From positions 868,001-932,000 of the forward strand of contig BQFW01000006.1 of assembly GCA_020891255.1 (NCBI GenBank): DNA of 64,000 nt, given 5' to 3'. Below, one piece after another: positions 28,106 to 40,413 of this stretch. Made by a program: the position numbers and the translations under genes. Position 1 is the first letter of the stretch, and each line of letters starts with the position of its first letter. This DNA is from Entomortierella parvispora E1425. Its lineage: Eukaryota > Fungi > Mortierellomycota. Below the pieces are notes generated by a model. It ran no database searches, was not told the origin of the DNA, and saw only the letters and a list, made by a program, of their open reading frames with translations.

Positions 28106-28724
28106 AAATCACCTGATTTACAGAACGATAGTGTGCTAGATGGATCTGACGATCGGCAGTTTCTTGACGAGTTGGGCGAAAAACACAAATCCTTGAGAAA
28201 ATGACATGCACCGACGCTCCTTGATGAGAAAATCACAGCGCACTAGGTTTCGCATGCAGCCATTGACCTTTTACTAATCGACATTGCTGTTCAAAGTCAG
28301 GATCACCTGACACTAAGAGCAGCTTTCCTCGCAGATGGGTCTGAAGATCGGCAGTTTCTTGACGAGTTGGGCGAAAAACACAAATCCTTGAGAAAATGAC
28401 ATGAATCGACGCTCCTTGATAAGAAAATCACAGCGCGCCAGGTTTCGCATGCAGTCGATGACCTTTTACTAGTGGACATTGCTGTTCAAAGTCGGGATCA
28501 CCTGATTACATGAAAGGAACGACAAGAGATAACGATCGGCAATGTCCACTAGTAAAAGGTCATCGACTGCATGCGAAACCTGGCGCGCTGTGATTTTCTC
28601 ATCAAGGAGCGTCGATTCATGTCATTTTCTCAAGGATTTGTGTTTTTCGCCCAACTCGTCAAGAAACTGCCGATCGTCAGATCCATCTCGCACACGATCG
28701 TTTTTTTCTAGAGTCAGGTGATTT
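28106..28724. repeat. Triplicated ~170-bp segment: direct copies A (28138-28310) and B (28333-28505), period 195 nt, plus inverted copy C (28539-28702); B/C form a 150-bp inverted repeat with a 56-nt spacer
   Basis: Manual alignment: B 28333-28482 vs reverse complement of 28539-28688 differs at 3 positions; A vs B about 92% identical. Confidence 0.95.
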
Positions 28725-28849
28725 TGGCTTTAGAACATACAGGAGATGAAAGAAACCATGGTAAATGAGACAGAAGGGATAGGGCGAAGAGAAAGGTTAC
28801 TGATGAAAACTCAAAAGTGAAGGGGACGAAAGACCCCAGGGGGCAGGCA

Positions 28850-29221
28850 AGAGATGTTCTTACGCAAGCTGAAATGGCTCTCGTTTTCCCTCCTGCTGGC
28901 CACTGTATTCTTGTCAAAGTTCATCCACGTGAGGTCGTCACTGAGGCGCGTCCATTACCTTTTTTGCTGGCGGAATTGCTGGAAAGCCTCCACCGTGCCC
29001 CAAGCATCACAGAATGAAGAAAAAAAACAATCAGGCCTATTTGCAAGTCGTGCGCTCTTTTTTTTCGCTGTCTTCGGACAGTCCAGGCAGTAGGGAGTTA
29101 CTACATCTGCAAGCGGCAGAGAACCATCCACCTTGCTTTTTGCAAAATACAAATCAAGAGGGCTATTGGAGTCGAACCTCTTTTCGATGACGAGTATCCT
29201 CCTACTACACTTGATGGGCAA
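28850..29221 (-). pseudogene. Possible decayed coding fragment of unknown family
   Basis: ORF 28955-29221 continues in frame past a TAA with protein-like composition (VEAFQQFRQQKR*WTRLSDDLTWMNFDKNTV); no family recognised. Confidence 0.2.
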
Positions 29222-29840
29222 CGCCCTGAGTTATTCTAAGCCTGGTCTTCGTCATCTCTGCATATCCTGCGGATCGGTATTTGCTGTAGAACGTGTGCAC
29301 AGACAGATACAAGGGCACGGAGAGATATATGTTTGCATTAAGTCTACCAATTGGTCCTTCCAATGGTCTAAACGCGGTGCAATCAATCTTGACCCTGGCG
29401 CAAATCGGGGCTGTGGAGTGCATCGCTGACTGCTATATACTCAGGGCATTACGATTCACAGTCCATCGAAATACCTACCTCCATCCTTTCTTTTTGATGA
29501 AGAACATATATTCAAATAAGTGCAACGGCAGTTGACCAATAACCGAGGTTCCCTCCAAACGACTGGCAAGATCATAATGAGGTCCACCATCCGAGCATGG
29601 ACCAGTATTGCGGACGGTCGTGCCTGCTTGAAGAACCTCTTCTTCCTTTGCCATACCCTTCTCTGCCTGCATCCAACACATTCAAACCAAATCAAAGTGG
29701 CTTCCGTATCCTTGTTTCTAAAATGTGCAAGCCAGTATTACATCACTTTTTGAAAAAAAAAAAAGGGAGTACTTTGTGCTGTGGAGGGGTTTTTTTATTT
29801 CTTTCCCAATCTCTTCTCCACTTTCGCCTCCTCTTTTATC

Positions 29841-30620
29841 ATGGAGTCGATCCCATCGTTAGTGGACCTCTGTCTTTCTCAAAGTCGCCCTAGCTCTCCT
29901 GACGCCGGTTGCAACATTTCAAACTTCAGTTTTACAGACTCGGATTCTAATCGACCACTCAGCTTTGGCCTCGACCTGTCCGACCCTGTTGCCCACAGCA
30001 TGGTCAAACACAACCAGCCCAAGGCATCGCCCCTTCGTCCCGTTATGGTCCCTTCCGATAGTGGCGGCCCTGCTCAGGAGATTTCCTCCGACGAAGGCAT
30101 CCGTCAGGTCCAGACCAACAGAAGTCCTATGGCCAGAGACAATCAGAACCAGCCCAATCCCTTGCCTCCACTATTTAGTGAGGCCTGCGCCCATCCCGAT
30201 GGATCCATGGCTCAAGAGCAGATCCAAGCCAGAGCCTCGCCAGTTTCTGCGATGATAGTCTACTCCAGGAGTGACCATGAAACTCGAGCTTTCAGGAGTA
30301 GAGCCAGCAACCCCAGCACCCCCACTGCCACTGCATTGGGCTCGGCAGATCCTGTGCGAGTCTATCCGGGTACAGGTTCGTTGCGTCAGTTGCAAGATTG
30401 GACTAAATCTGCGCTGTCGAGCCTGGAGAACGAGATTCAAATGAGCACAGGTCTGACAAAGTTGAAAATGGATGCGATTCAAACGACCGTCCGTCTGAAC
30501 GAGGCCATTGCAATGGCTCTGGAGCTGGACAGCGAGCTGAAGCAGCAACGGAAGAAAATCGAGGAATTGGAGGAGGCTCTGGAGGCTCTTCCAAGTACGA
30601 ATTCAGGACGGAAGCGCTAA
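29841..30620 (+). CDS. Orphan hypothetical protein, 259 aa, disordered N-terminus and C-terminal coiled coil
   Basis: ATG 29841 after a pyrimidine-rich leader; heptad-like LDSELKQQRKKIEELEEALEAL. Confidence 0.6.
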   Translation: MESIPSLVDLCLSQSRPSSPDAGCNISNFSFTDSDSNRPLSFGLDLSDPVAHSMVKHNQPKASPLRPVMVPSDSGGPAQEISSDEGIRQVQTNRSPMARDNQNQPNPLPPLFSEACAHPDGSMAQEQIQARASPVSAMIVYSRSDHETRAFRSRASNPSTPTATALGSADPVRVYPGTGSLRQLQDWTKSALSSLENEIQMSTGLTKLKMDAIQTTVRLNEAIAMALELDSELKQQRKKIEELEEALEALPSTNSGRKR

Positions 30621-30936
30621 GGAATGACAAGGACTTGGGTTCGGGGTGGAAAAACAAGCACGTTCCCTGGTAAAAAAGAGGCCTATACTATATGTCCCTT
30701 CCCTCCCTGCGGTTCAATATACAGCTGCAGCTGTAGCACCACATCAACATGGCTCATCAACTTGTTCAGTTCCAATCCAAAAACAAGTATCCTTTCCATG
30801 GATCAAAATGAATAATTGACTATTTCTTGGTTTTAATATGTTGCTGAAAATGTGAATGATCCGTTCTCTTTCTGCTGCTGTTGTAGTTGCTGTTTGTCGG
30901 AAACGACATTCCTTCTTATCGGCTTGTGTTTTTGAT

Positions 30937-31345
30937 TTATGATGATGCTGATGGTGCTGATGACTCGGCGTTGGTCTGATGGTCGGTAACATGGCTAGGC
31001 AGCTTGATATCTGAAAAGTCGTCCTGACGAACAGCCATGATGGAGTAGGCATCTATTACACAAGAAAGTAGCAAAAAATATTAGTCTACCTGGTTGCAAT
31101 GTTCCTACTTGCTCATCCAAACTCTGCTTCAGGGTTGTCATCTCGACATGTCTCCAGGACATATCAGAGGAAAAGAAGTAGGAAGGCAAAAAAAAAGTAA
31201 GTTGCGTACAAACGGTGCCACAGAAGGCAATGAGACCGAGACCGGTGAGTGTGTTCCTGACTCGGAATGGGGCGGTGGCACGTTCAAGGGCGGACGAACG
31301 CTTGAAGCCCTTCTCGTAGTATGATGTTGGCTTGGGGAAGATCAT
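30937..31345 (-). CDS. COA3: Cytochrome c oxidase assembly factor 3, 2 exons
   Basis: SALERATAPFRVRNTLTGLGL...GTV|YAYSIMAVRQDDFSDI, the COA3 pattern, after one GT-AG splice. Confidence 0.88.
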
Positions 31346-31629
31346 TTATGATGTAATGGATTGTTGGCTGGGTCGGGAGAAGTGATCAAAAAGGAAAGGC
31401 GGGAATTGCCTTCCATGAAAGAGATCCCGATCAAGAATGCATGTTGCCCAGCTTAAGGGTTTAACCCCGAGCGCCACGACCGTTGCATGCATCGCTTGCA
31501 TGCGAGCTTTGTCGTTCTTCTTTTCCGCCCTCATTCCTTCCATCGGCCCCTCGTACCATCATTCTCACTCACCTTCAGGTCCAACCGGAGCAAAACCAAT
31601 ATATTTGACCAGAAAGCATTTCTCCTCCA

Positions 31630-32114
31630 ATGCCCATTGGCAACTCAATACCCATCGACGTCTCCCTTCTGGAAGATATCGAACAGTCGGCCCACCAACT
31701 TTCGTCTCAACTCGAAGCCCTCCTTTCCAGTCTCCAATCACAATTACGTCTCGTAAGAAGCATACCTCCGCCCTTCTCTTCACCGCCATTCCATGGTTTA
31801 GGACCCTTTCACTTCCTGCATCTATTGTCGCGTTAATTGCCCTCTCCTACTTCTGACGTGTCCCTTTATTTTCAATCTTTGATCTGAATCGCGTGCACCA
31901 GGCTGCACAAGCAACCCTAGGCTCTGTCAAGGTCTATGAGACCAGTCTGGTCGACGGAGTATGTGGCCAGATTGAGCATTGCGTTCAGCAGACGACAGAA
32001 TTGATCTCTAGGTGCGATGAGATGGACAAGGATATGGCGGCAGTAGCCACGATAGCCCATCAAATACGTGCTATCAAACAAGCCGTTGATCTCCTCGGTA
32101 GTACAATCAAGTAG
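31630..32114 (+). CDS. BORCS6: BLOC-1-related complex subunit 6 (BORCS6/lyspersin) C-terminal-domain protein, 2 exons
   Basis: LLEDIEQSAHQLSSQLEALLSSLQSQL|...ELISRCDEMDKDMAAVATIAHQIRAIKQAVDLL matches the BORCS6 helical pattern as I recall it. Confidence 0.65.
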
Positions 32115-32245
32115 AAAAAAGGGCAGTTCCTAGACGCCTCTGCTACCACCACCACAACGACAATGTAATATTATTATACCCCAGTTTTTTTTTTCATGGA
32201 TGGGTTTAGGAAATAGACAATAAGTATATATGTATTTGTTGTACA

Positions 32246-34210
32246 TTAGCAATCCATGCCCTCATTCTCCAAAGGCGCTCCTGGAGCGACTGCATCATCC
32301 GTAGAAGAAGGCAGAGAAGGGGCCCAGGCACCAAGGTGCTCGTATCCAACCTTGCGATAAACAAAGAAGTGGTGATTCAGGTTGGGATGACTATTGATCT
32401 TGTGCGCACTGCCCAGTCCTCCAGATTTTGTCATGGGGACTGTGTAAAAGACACGTCCAACTCTGGAGTGCACCAACGCCATCGAACACATCACACAGGG
32501 TTCATGGGTCAAATATACATCGTATCCTGTGCACAAATAGGCCTTAGATCGTGACCGTGTCGAATCCTGCTCCTCTGAAGGGGATGTTGATATCTCATCT
32601 GAAGCGGATTCCTTTCCGCCAAGTGATTTCCGTTTTTGAGATCCTTCTGCAGTGGATGGGGATGAGTCTGCCTTTCGTTTCTCGCCAGGATTTGGTGATG
32701 GCACTGTTGCCGCGGTTGCTGTTGATGTCTCTTTTGTAGCTTCCGTTCCTGAGGATGAAGCCAGGGATGATGTTGCTCCGGCGGCGTTAGCTAGGTCATG
32801 AAAGTGCTCGTGGTGATGCTGAGGAGGATGACTCAGGCAGGCATCCCGTTCCCGCTTCGCTACCGCCTCTATACAGTTCATAACTGCGTGGTTCAAGACA
32901 TGCTTTGTGCTCGTTCGGGTATCGCTCGCAGTCGCCAGTACGGTTTGGGTCTTTGGATCTACCATCATGGCCATAATGGGGAGTTCACCTCTCGAGACGG
33001 CGTCATGGGTCAACTTCCAGGCTGATTGGATATGCCCCAATATGATGATCTCTTCTTCCTCTGTGATTTCCGGATGTCTAGAGGTTTCCCAAGAATGTGC
33101 CATTCATAGAGCGAGGGTTAGTTTGCGGACCAAACTCTTTCTCTCTCGATCGTCATTTTCCCTCTTGAATTAAACTGCTCAAAACTAGGGGGACATGGGG
33201 TCGGTTTCTCACCTGTTAGCATCCTCTCTGAATGTGACAGGCCAAGCAGCTCTCCAGATTTCAAACTGATCGCGTGTCAGAGGTGGGAACCGTGGGATTC
33301 CATGGAGAGTGGGGTGGATGATATCAGAGAGCTCTGAGGTCGAGAGTTTTGAAGTGAGGTCCTGCAATGAGAGGGCAGATTCCTGACAGAGAATGATGTC
33401 CAACTTTGCACCTAGTATGTTGACACTGGAGTTAGTGTTATGGCTCCTCAATGGCTCCTCAATGGCGTCTTTGGTAGATGTGAAAGGGGAAGAAAGTGGC
33501 ATGAGCAGGTTGTCAACGCACGCTACAACTGGGCTTTACCTTTGCTCTCTTCTGATTTTCGGATCTGTTTGACGTGATCGAGTCCCTGCGTTGGCGGCAA
33601 CTGTCCACGGATGAATCTGTGGGGTAAAGAAGGAACCCAGGACACAAAAAGGGAAAGAGCGGGTCAGCTCACACAGGTTACGTTCTTTTTTAGAGTTGGG
33701 TCCTTTGCAGACACTTGAGCTTTGACTCTCTGTGCCCCCCTCTCCCTGATCAGGACGTGCACCCTTGCGAACTTTGCAATCGATCAAGATAGCCCAGGAA
33801 AAGAGCCAGGGAGAGAGAGAGAGAAAACAGACAACAAACATAAACATAAACATGACCATGAACATAAACAGGAAATTAAGTACATACTTTAGCACCTGGC
33901 TCGTCTGTTTGGGCTCAATGGTTGCGATATAAACGTTCTCTAAAACAGGAAGAAGCGATCCGCCAGAGGAGGCAGGAAAGGGAAACCAAAAGGGAAACAA
34001 ATAATCATGATAAAACAAAACAAAAACACGCGAGTGATTCCAGGGAAAAAGTTAGGCGGGGATGAAAACAAAAAAAAAATATAGTATGGAGGTAAGAACG
34101 GATGATGCATGACCAATGAGAATCACGCGCCAGGGTGTCCATGAGAGATGCATGGTCGTACCAGTCTCGAGAGCACGGGTCTCCGCATCGGGAAGGACCT
34201 GGTCCAGCAT
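32246..34210 (-). CDS. TAD3: tRNA-specific adenosine deaminase non-catalytic subunit (A34-to-I), 5 exons
   Basis: [16 protein letters not shown]|[37 protein letters not shown] (V in place of the catalytic E) and [26 protein letters not shown]. Confidence 0.92.
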
Positions 34211-34524
34211 GGCGTCGAGTCGAGAAAAAGAGTTGAGAGGGGTGGCGTGATGGAATGAAGAGTTGGCAATGAGATGCCCATTCAATACAATACAGAAAAA
34301 AAAAAAAAAAAAAGTCCCAGAACGGCCAAAGCCCGGCTGTCCCCGCCCGTCCGCCCGCCAGCCCACAAGAGCAAACAAGCAAGGGCCAACCAGACAGACG
34401 CCCTCAGGAACACAAAGTTGTTGATCCACCTCCGACTGTCGTATCCGGATAACGGTACATGTATGTCATTCTTCCCTGCAGACATAAATACCTGACGTTG
34501 TGTCTCCCACGACCATTGCCTCCC

Positions 34525-34571
34525 TCTTCTTCTTCTTCTTCTTCTTCTTCTTCTTCTTCTTCTTCTTCTTC
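34525..34571. repeat. (CTT)n microsatellite, ~15 units, between TAD3 and GAL7
   Basis: Direct reading. Confidence 0.95.
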
Positions 34572-34665
34572 GTTGCATGCATTCCCATTCCACTCTCTTC
34601 TCTCCACTCTTTCATTTCTTCAATTCACTGGTTCACCCATTCATTTATACCTCATGCCTGTCCCA

Positions 34666-36181
<1,516 letters not shown>

Positions 36182-36547
36182 AAACATATCCTCTCATCCA
36201 GTCATTCCTTGTTTCGGAAATGAACAATAATATCGACAAACATAAACATTCCACTTCAGAGAAATTCTGTTCTTGTTATTGATGTTATTGATGTGAAAAG
36301 TAAAAAAAAAAAAAAGTATATACAGCTGTTGATGCTACAAAAAAAAAAAAAAAAAAAAAAAATACAATTGAATCGGGGGAGTAAAGGAACGGCAAAGCAC
36401 TAGAGCAGGGATAGAAAGAGGGTGTTTTGATACAAAAAGAAAAAAAGGAGAATATAGACGAAATGAGCAAGTGCAAGAGATGGAGAAAATGATGGTGAAG
36501 CTTGGAGTGGTTGGAATGCCAGTCCGATCGATTAGGTGCCGTTCTGC

Positions 36548-39500
36548 TCATAGAGCTTCGCTGGCTGAGGCATCTGCAATCGGACGTTGATTCGAGTGGT
36601 TGTTCGCCTGCACCTCGGGGATGTGGAGCTTCTCGACAGCGGCCTCGCGCTGTTGTGCTTTCAACACAGAAGCATAGCTGAAAATGGGTGGTGTCGAGTT
36701 GACAATCATCTTCTGCGCCAAAGCTGTCTTCTCCAGAAGATTGGGACCGTCCACTCTAGACAGTTCGGTAGCACTTTTCCCAACCTGAGTCGTGGTTTGA
36801 TGATGGTATAGTTGAGGTGGAGATCTTACTTCCTGGATCACCTCTTGTTCTTTGTTGAGAGCAGGCAAAGTCGAGACATCCACCCCAATTGAAGAGTCTG
36901 CGCTCAATACATTGACCGGCGGTATTTGTTTCGACGGCCCCCAGCCCATACTGGAAGTGGTACCTATTACGAGGTAGTATCTAATAAGCACATACAGTCG
37001 TCTCTAATGTCGCGTCATTCACTGCATGTCAAAGGAATACCTTCAGCACCAGCATTTTTCAACCCAGAGGCTGAGCTAGTTGCAGCCGGAAGAGGCGGGA
37101 AACTTTCGTTTCTGAGAGATACATCGTCGCCAGAAGGAGTGGAAGACGAGGTATTGACTAAGTCGATCAAGATAAACTGCGGTTAAGACGGTGTGTAGAA
37201 TTGAGATACAGCGCAACGTTACATTTGACAATGAGGAAGGATGCAGTGCCATACCTTTGCTCTTGGTTCCTTTCTCGACGTTTCGCTTGGGGGTGCTTTG
37301 GGTGCGATTCTCTGGACTAGCTGGCTTTGATAATCTGCTGCTTACTCTGTCGCTAGTGGAGGCCCGATTGGGGGTTTCTCCTGTTAAAAAGGATTCCGGG
37401 CCAGTTTTGATCACATTGACTTCAGGAAGCAAATGTGTTTGCTCTGGTTTCTCGCAATCAACAGAAGGACCGATGGCTTCTCTCGATCTTGGCATGCCTG
37501 AAGAAAGCTCGGACTGTAATTCTTGCGGCGGGTGTTGCTGAAGAAATTGCTTTTGTGTCTGTGGGTGAAGCGATCGTTGATCATGTACTTCATGAAGTTG
37601 GGTCGGTCGTTGTTGTTGCTGGCCGGGTTGCGTTGGCTTTTGATGGTTGAGAGTCTGCTTGTTCTTCTTCTTGGACGCTCTTCTCCCCGACTTGTCATTC
37701 GCATCAATTGCTGGAGTGTTAAAGGTGGTGGGCCCTGAATGGTTGTTCCCCGCCTGTCCTTGCCGCACTCGCCGCTGTAAAGAAACTGGAGACTCGTGTC
37801 GCTGAGCATGCCTTTGCCCCCTGGATTGGTGGTTAGAGTGTCCACTTAAAGAGTAATCGCAATACTCGACACTTTGAAGCTCCTGTTGATACTGACTTGA
37901 ATGGTTGACTGAGACATCATGGACATGGACTGGGGAGACATACTCTGTTGGTACCCAAACTTGTCCATTGTAGCCTAACCAAGCAAGTGGCGTGCGCAAT
38001 GCCCCCGTCGTCTTATGTGATAGGATCGAATGACCTTCGGCAACTTGACCTTGGACAGCAGCAATAGCGGTGTATCCGGGCATATCGCTTGTCGCTATTG
38101 GCAACGAATACTGAGACTCGGCAACCATGTACGATGTGTAACCAGTTCGCGTGCTTGGTGCCGGATGCACAGACCTGCTGAATGCCGGACTTGCACCAGG
38201 GTGGCTGTATGGGCCGTGAGCTACATATCCTTGCGAGTATAAGGAACTCCTGTTGTCTTGTGACAGAGTCTCGTCATCCATCGGGAATCGACGATATGGC
38301 GCCGACATCCTGTGCATGGGCTCGTCATAAATCGATTCGGACTCGGATGACCAACTTCGAGGAGGAGAGTGCTCGGGTTTTGAGGAGTAGTCGGACTTGG
38401 GAAGGATACCAGGGACGTCTACAGCGCCAAGCACAGGAGGAGCCAGGGATGAGGACGAAGGCGTAGCAGCAGGCAAAGTTATCGAAAACGAGGCAGAGAC
38501 AGATGAAGCCTGAATAGCTGGGGATACAGACGGGTACTGAGGCGAAGAGGGCTTATAAGATCTACATATATACAGCAACACGATTAGGAAATTGCTGACG
38601 AGTTCAAATACAGGGTTATTCAGACTTACTCTCTGCTGGTATGTAATATCGTCGATTTGAGGCGTGCTGCAATAGGAACGCTTCGTAGATATCGGCCTCG
38701 AGTATGGTAGAGCATCTTCAATGCCTGGTCGGCAGTTTCGAATTCCACAAACCACAAATTTCCTATAACTTCCTTAGTAATCGACTTTGCCGGACATTCT
38801 GCCTCCTCAAATATGGCCCCAATTTCCTAATTGCAATGATAGTTGTAGAAGGTGAATCATAAAAACCGTGTTGCAGCGGGTAAAGCAATAAGCAATTATA
38901 TATCCAAAGGTGAAACGTGTTCATACCTGGCGCTCCGTGTCGTCCGGTAACTCGCGAATGATGAGCGTGGTCCTGGGTCTATTTGTAAGGATGGGTCTCA
39001 CCATAGTTCCGTCACTGTCGACTTCGACAACAGTCGATCTTCGCAATGCCTCCACAACATCTTCCATTCTGTCCGTCATCGACTTCACCTTCTTGAATTG
39101 AGCAATAATTGGAATGGGGACCCACTTGTCCTTGTCCATTTTTGATGCTAATAAAGCCAAACCAAAAAACAAACGTTACTTAGAAGCATGGCCAAGCTCC
39201 CCCTTGCGAATATACACCACGCGCCGCAGAGTGCCTACCTAAATATGCATCAGTTGCCAAGTTTTGTGGTGAAAAGTACCACTCCAGCTGTCCCTGCAGC
39301 CGATTCATGGCTGGGGCTAAGTCAAACATAGAACAGGTTTGTTAGTGAGGAACTACTGACATGCACTCCTTGGACATTAGATGCCCTACCTTGACTACCA
39401 AATGAGCCTATATCGTCGTTAGCCGGAAGAAGAATCGTGTTGAGGCTAGCTGAACTTTCCGAAGCCCTCAAAGTCGGGCTGAGTGAGGACGTTGACGGAC

Positions 39501-40413
39501 TGTATTGTCCGGAGGTGTTGTGCATGGTACCAATGTTTCCATGGGTCTCATATGCCTGGAGATACGTCGGATACGACGGCATTGGGTAATACACTGGTGG
39601 AGGCATGACCTGGTGCATTGAGTGACCCCATGATACAACGTATTCCTGTCCTGCGGGAGAAGCCTGGGCATATGTTGATGTTGAATAATGAGGTCTTGAC
39701 CTGTGAGAGCCAAATGACTTTTTTGATTGATAAGATGAATCCATGGGGATATTCCCTGAACGATTATGGTGATTGGATTTGTAGCCGGTAGCAGCTGGTT
39801 CAAAAGATGATCTCCTGTTCATTTGTGGCCCATTTGAATGAGAAGGTTCTCCTGGCTTGTTGTGTCTCCATGATTCCGGCATTGCTGATTTGGGCAGTGA
39901 TTGACCATAGTGATCCAAATGTGCGACCATCGCTCCAGGAGCATCCTGGTGTTCAGTGGGTGAAATACTGGCGCCTGCGCCAGCTGCGTGTTTTCGTGCG
40001 TTGAAGTTGTTCGCTGGACTGTAAGAGACAGGATAGCTCTGCGCCTGGAATTGTTCAGATCGACCAGGAAAAGGCCTTTGGTAGTCATGACGGCCCGACG
40101 CGATCATTCCCGGGTGATGATTGCCAGAGCTGCTAAAGGTGTGTGTATTGGAGCGTCTGTTGTCGTTGCGACGGCCACCAGAGGCAGTTGAGTACTGATA
40201 TCCATTGCTATCGAAGGTTACAGTTTGGCTGCCCGGAAGGAAGCGACTGCCGGTACTTTTGACTCTGTGAGTACTATCGCGCTGCCAATTTTCCATATTG
40301 TGTTCATTTCCTGAACAGACAGGCACTTCTGTTTCCTGACTTGTATCAGTGTGGAACATATTGGAAGAGTTGGCTGCTAGTCGCTGCGTTGACAATGGAT
40401 CGCCCTGCAGCAT
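36548..40413 (-). CDS. LARP4: La-related protein with La motif followed directly by an RRM, LARP4-like; multi-exon
   Basis: Spliced RLQGQLEWYFSPQNLATDAYL|ASKMDKDKWVPIPIIAQFKKVK (La motif), RPILTNRPRTTLIIRELP...LWFVEFET...PIAARLKS (LARP4-type RRM), and ESFPPLP; long disordered flanks. Subfamily assignment is inferred. Confidence 0.7.

Noticed and set aside
28138-28702. CRISPR-like or satellite interpretation of the repeats
   Set aside because: Units are ~170-195 nt, number only three, one is inverted, and there are no unique spacers or cas genes; eukaryotic context.
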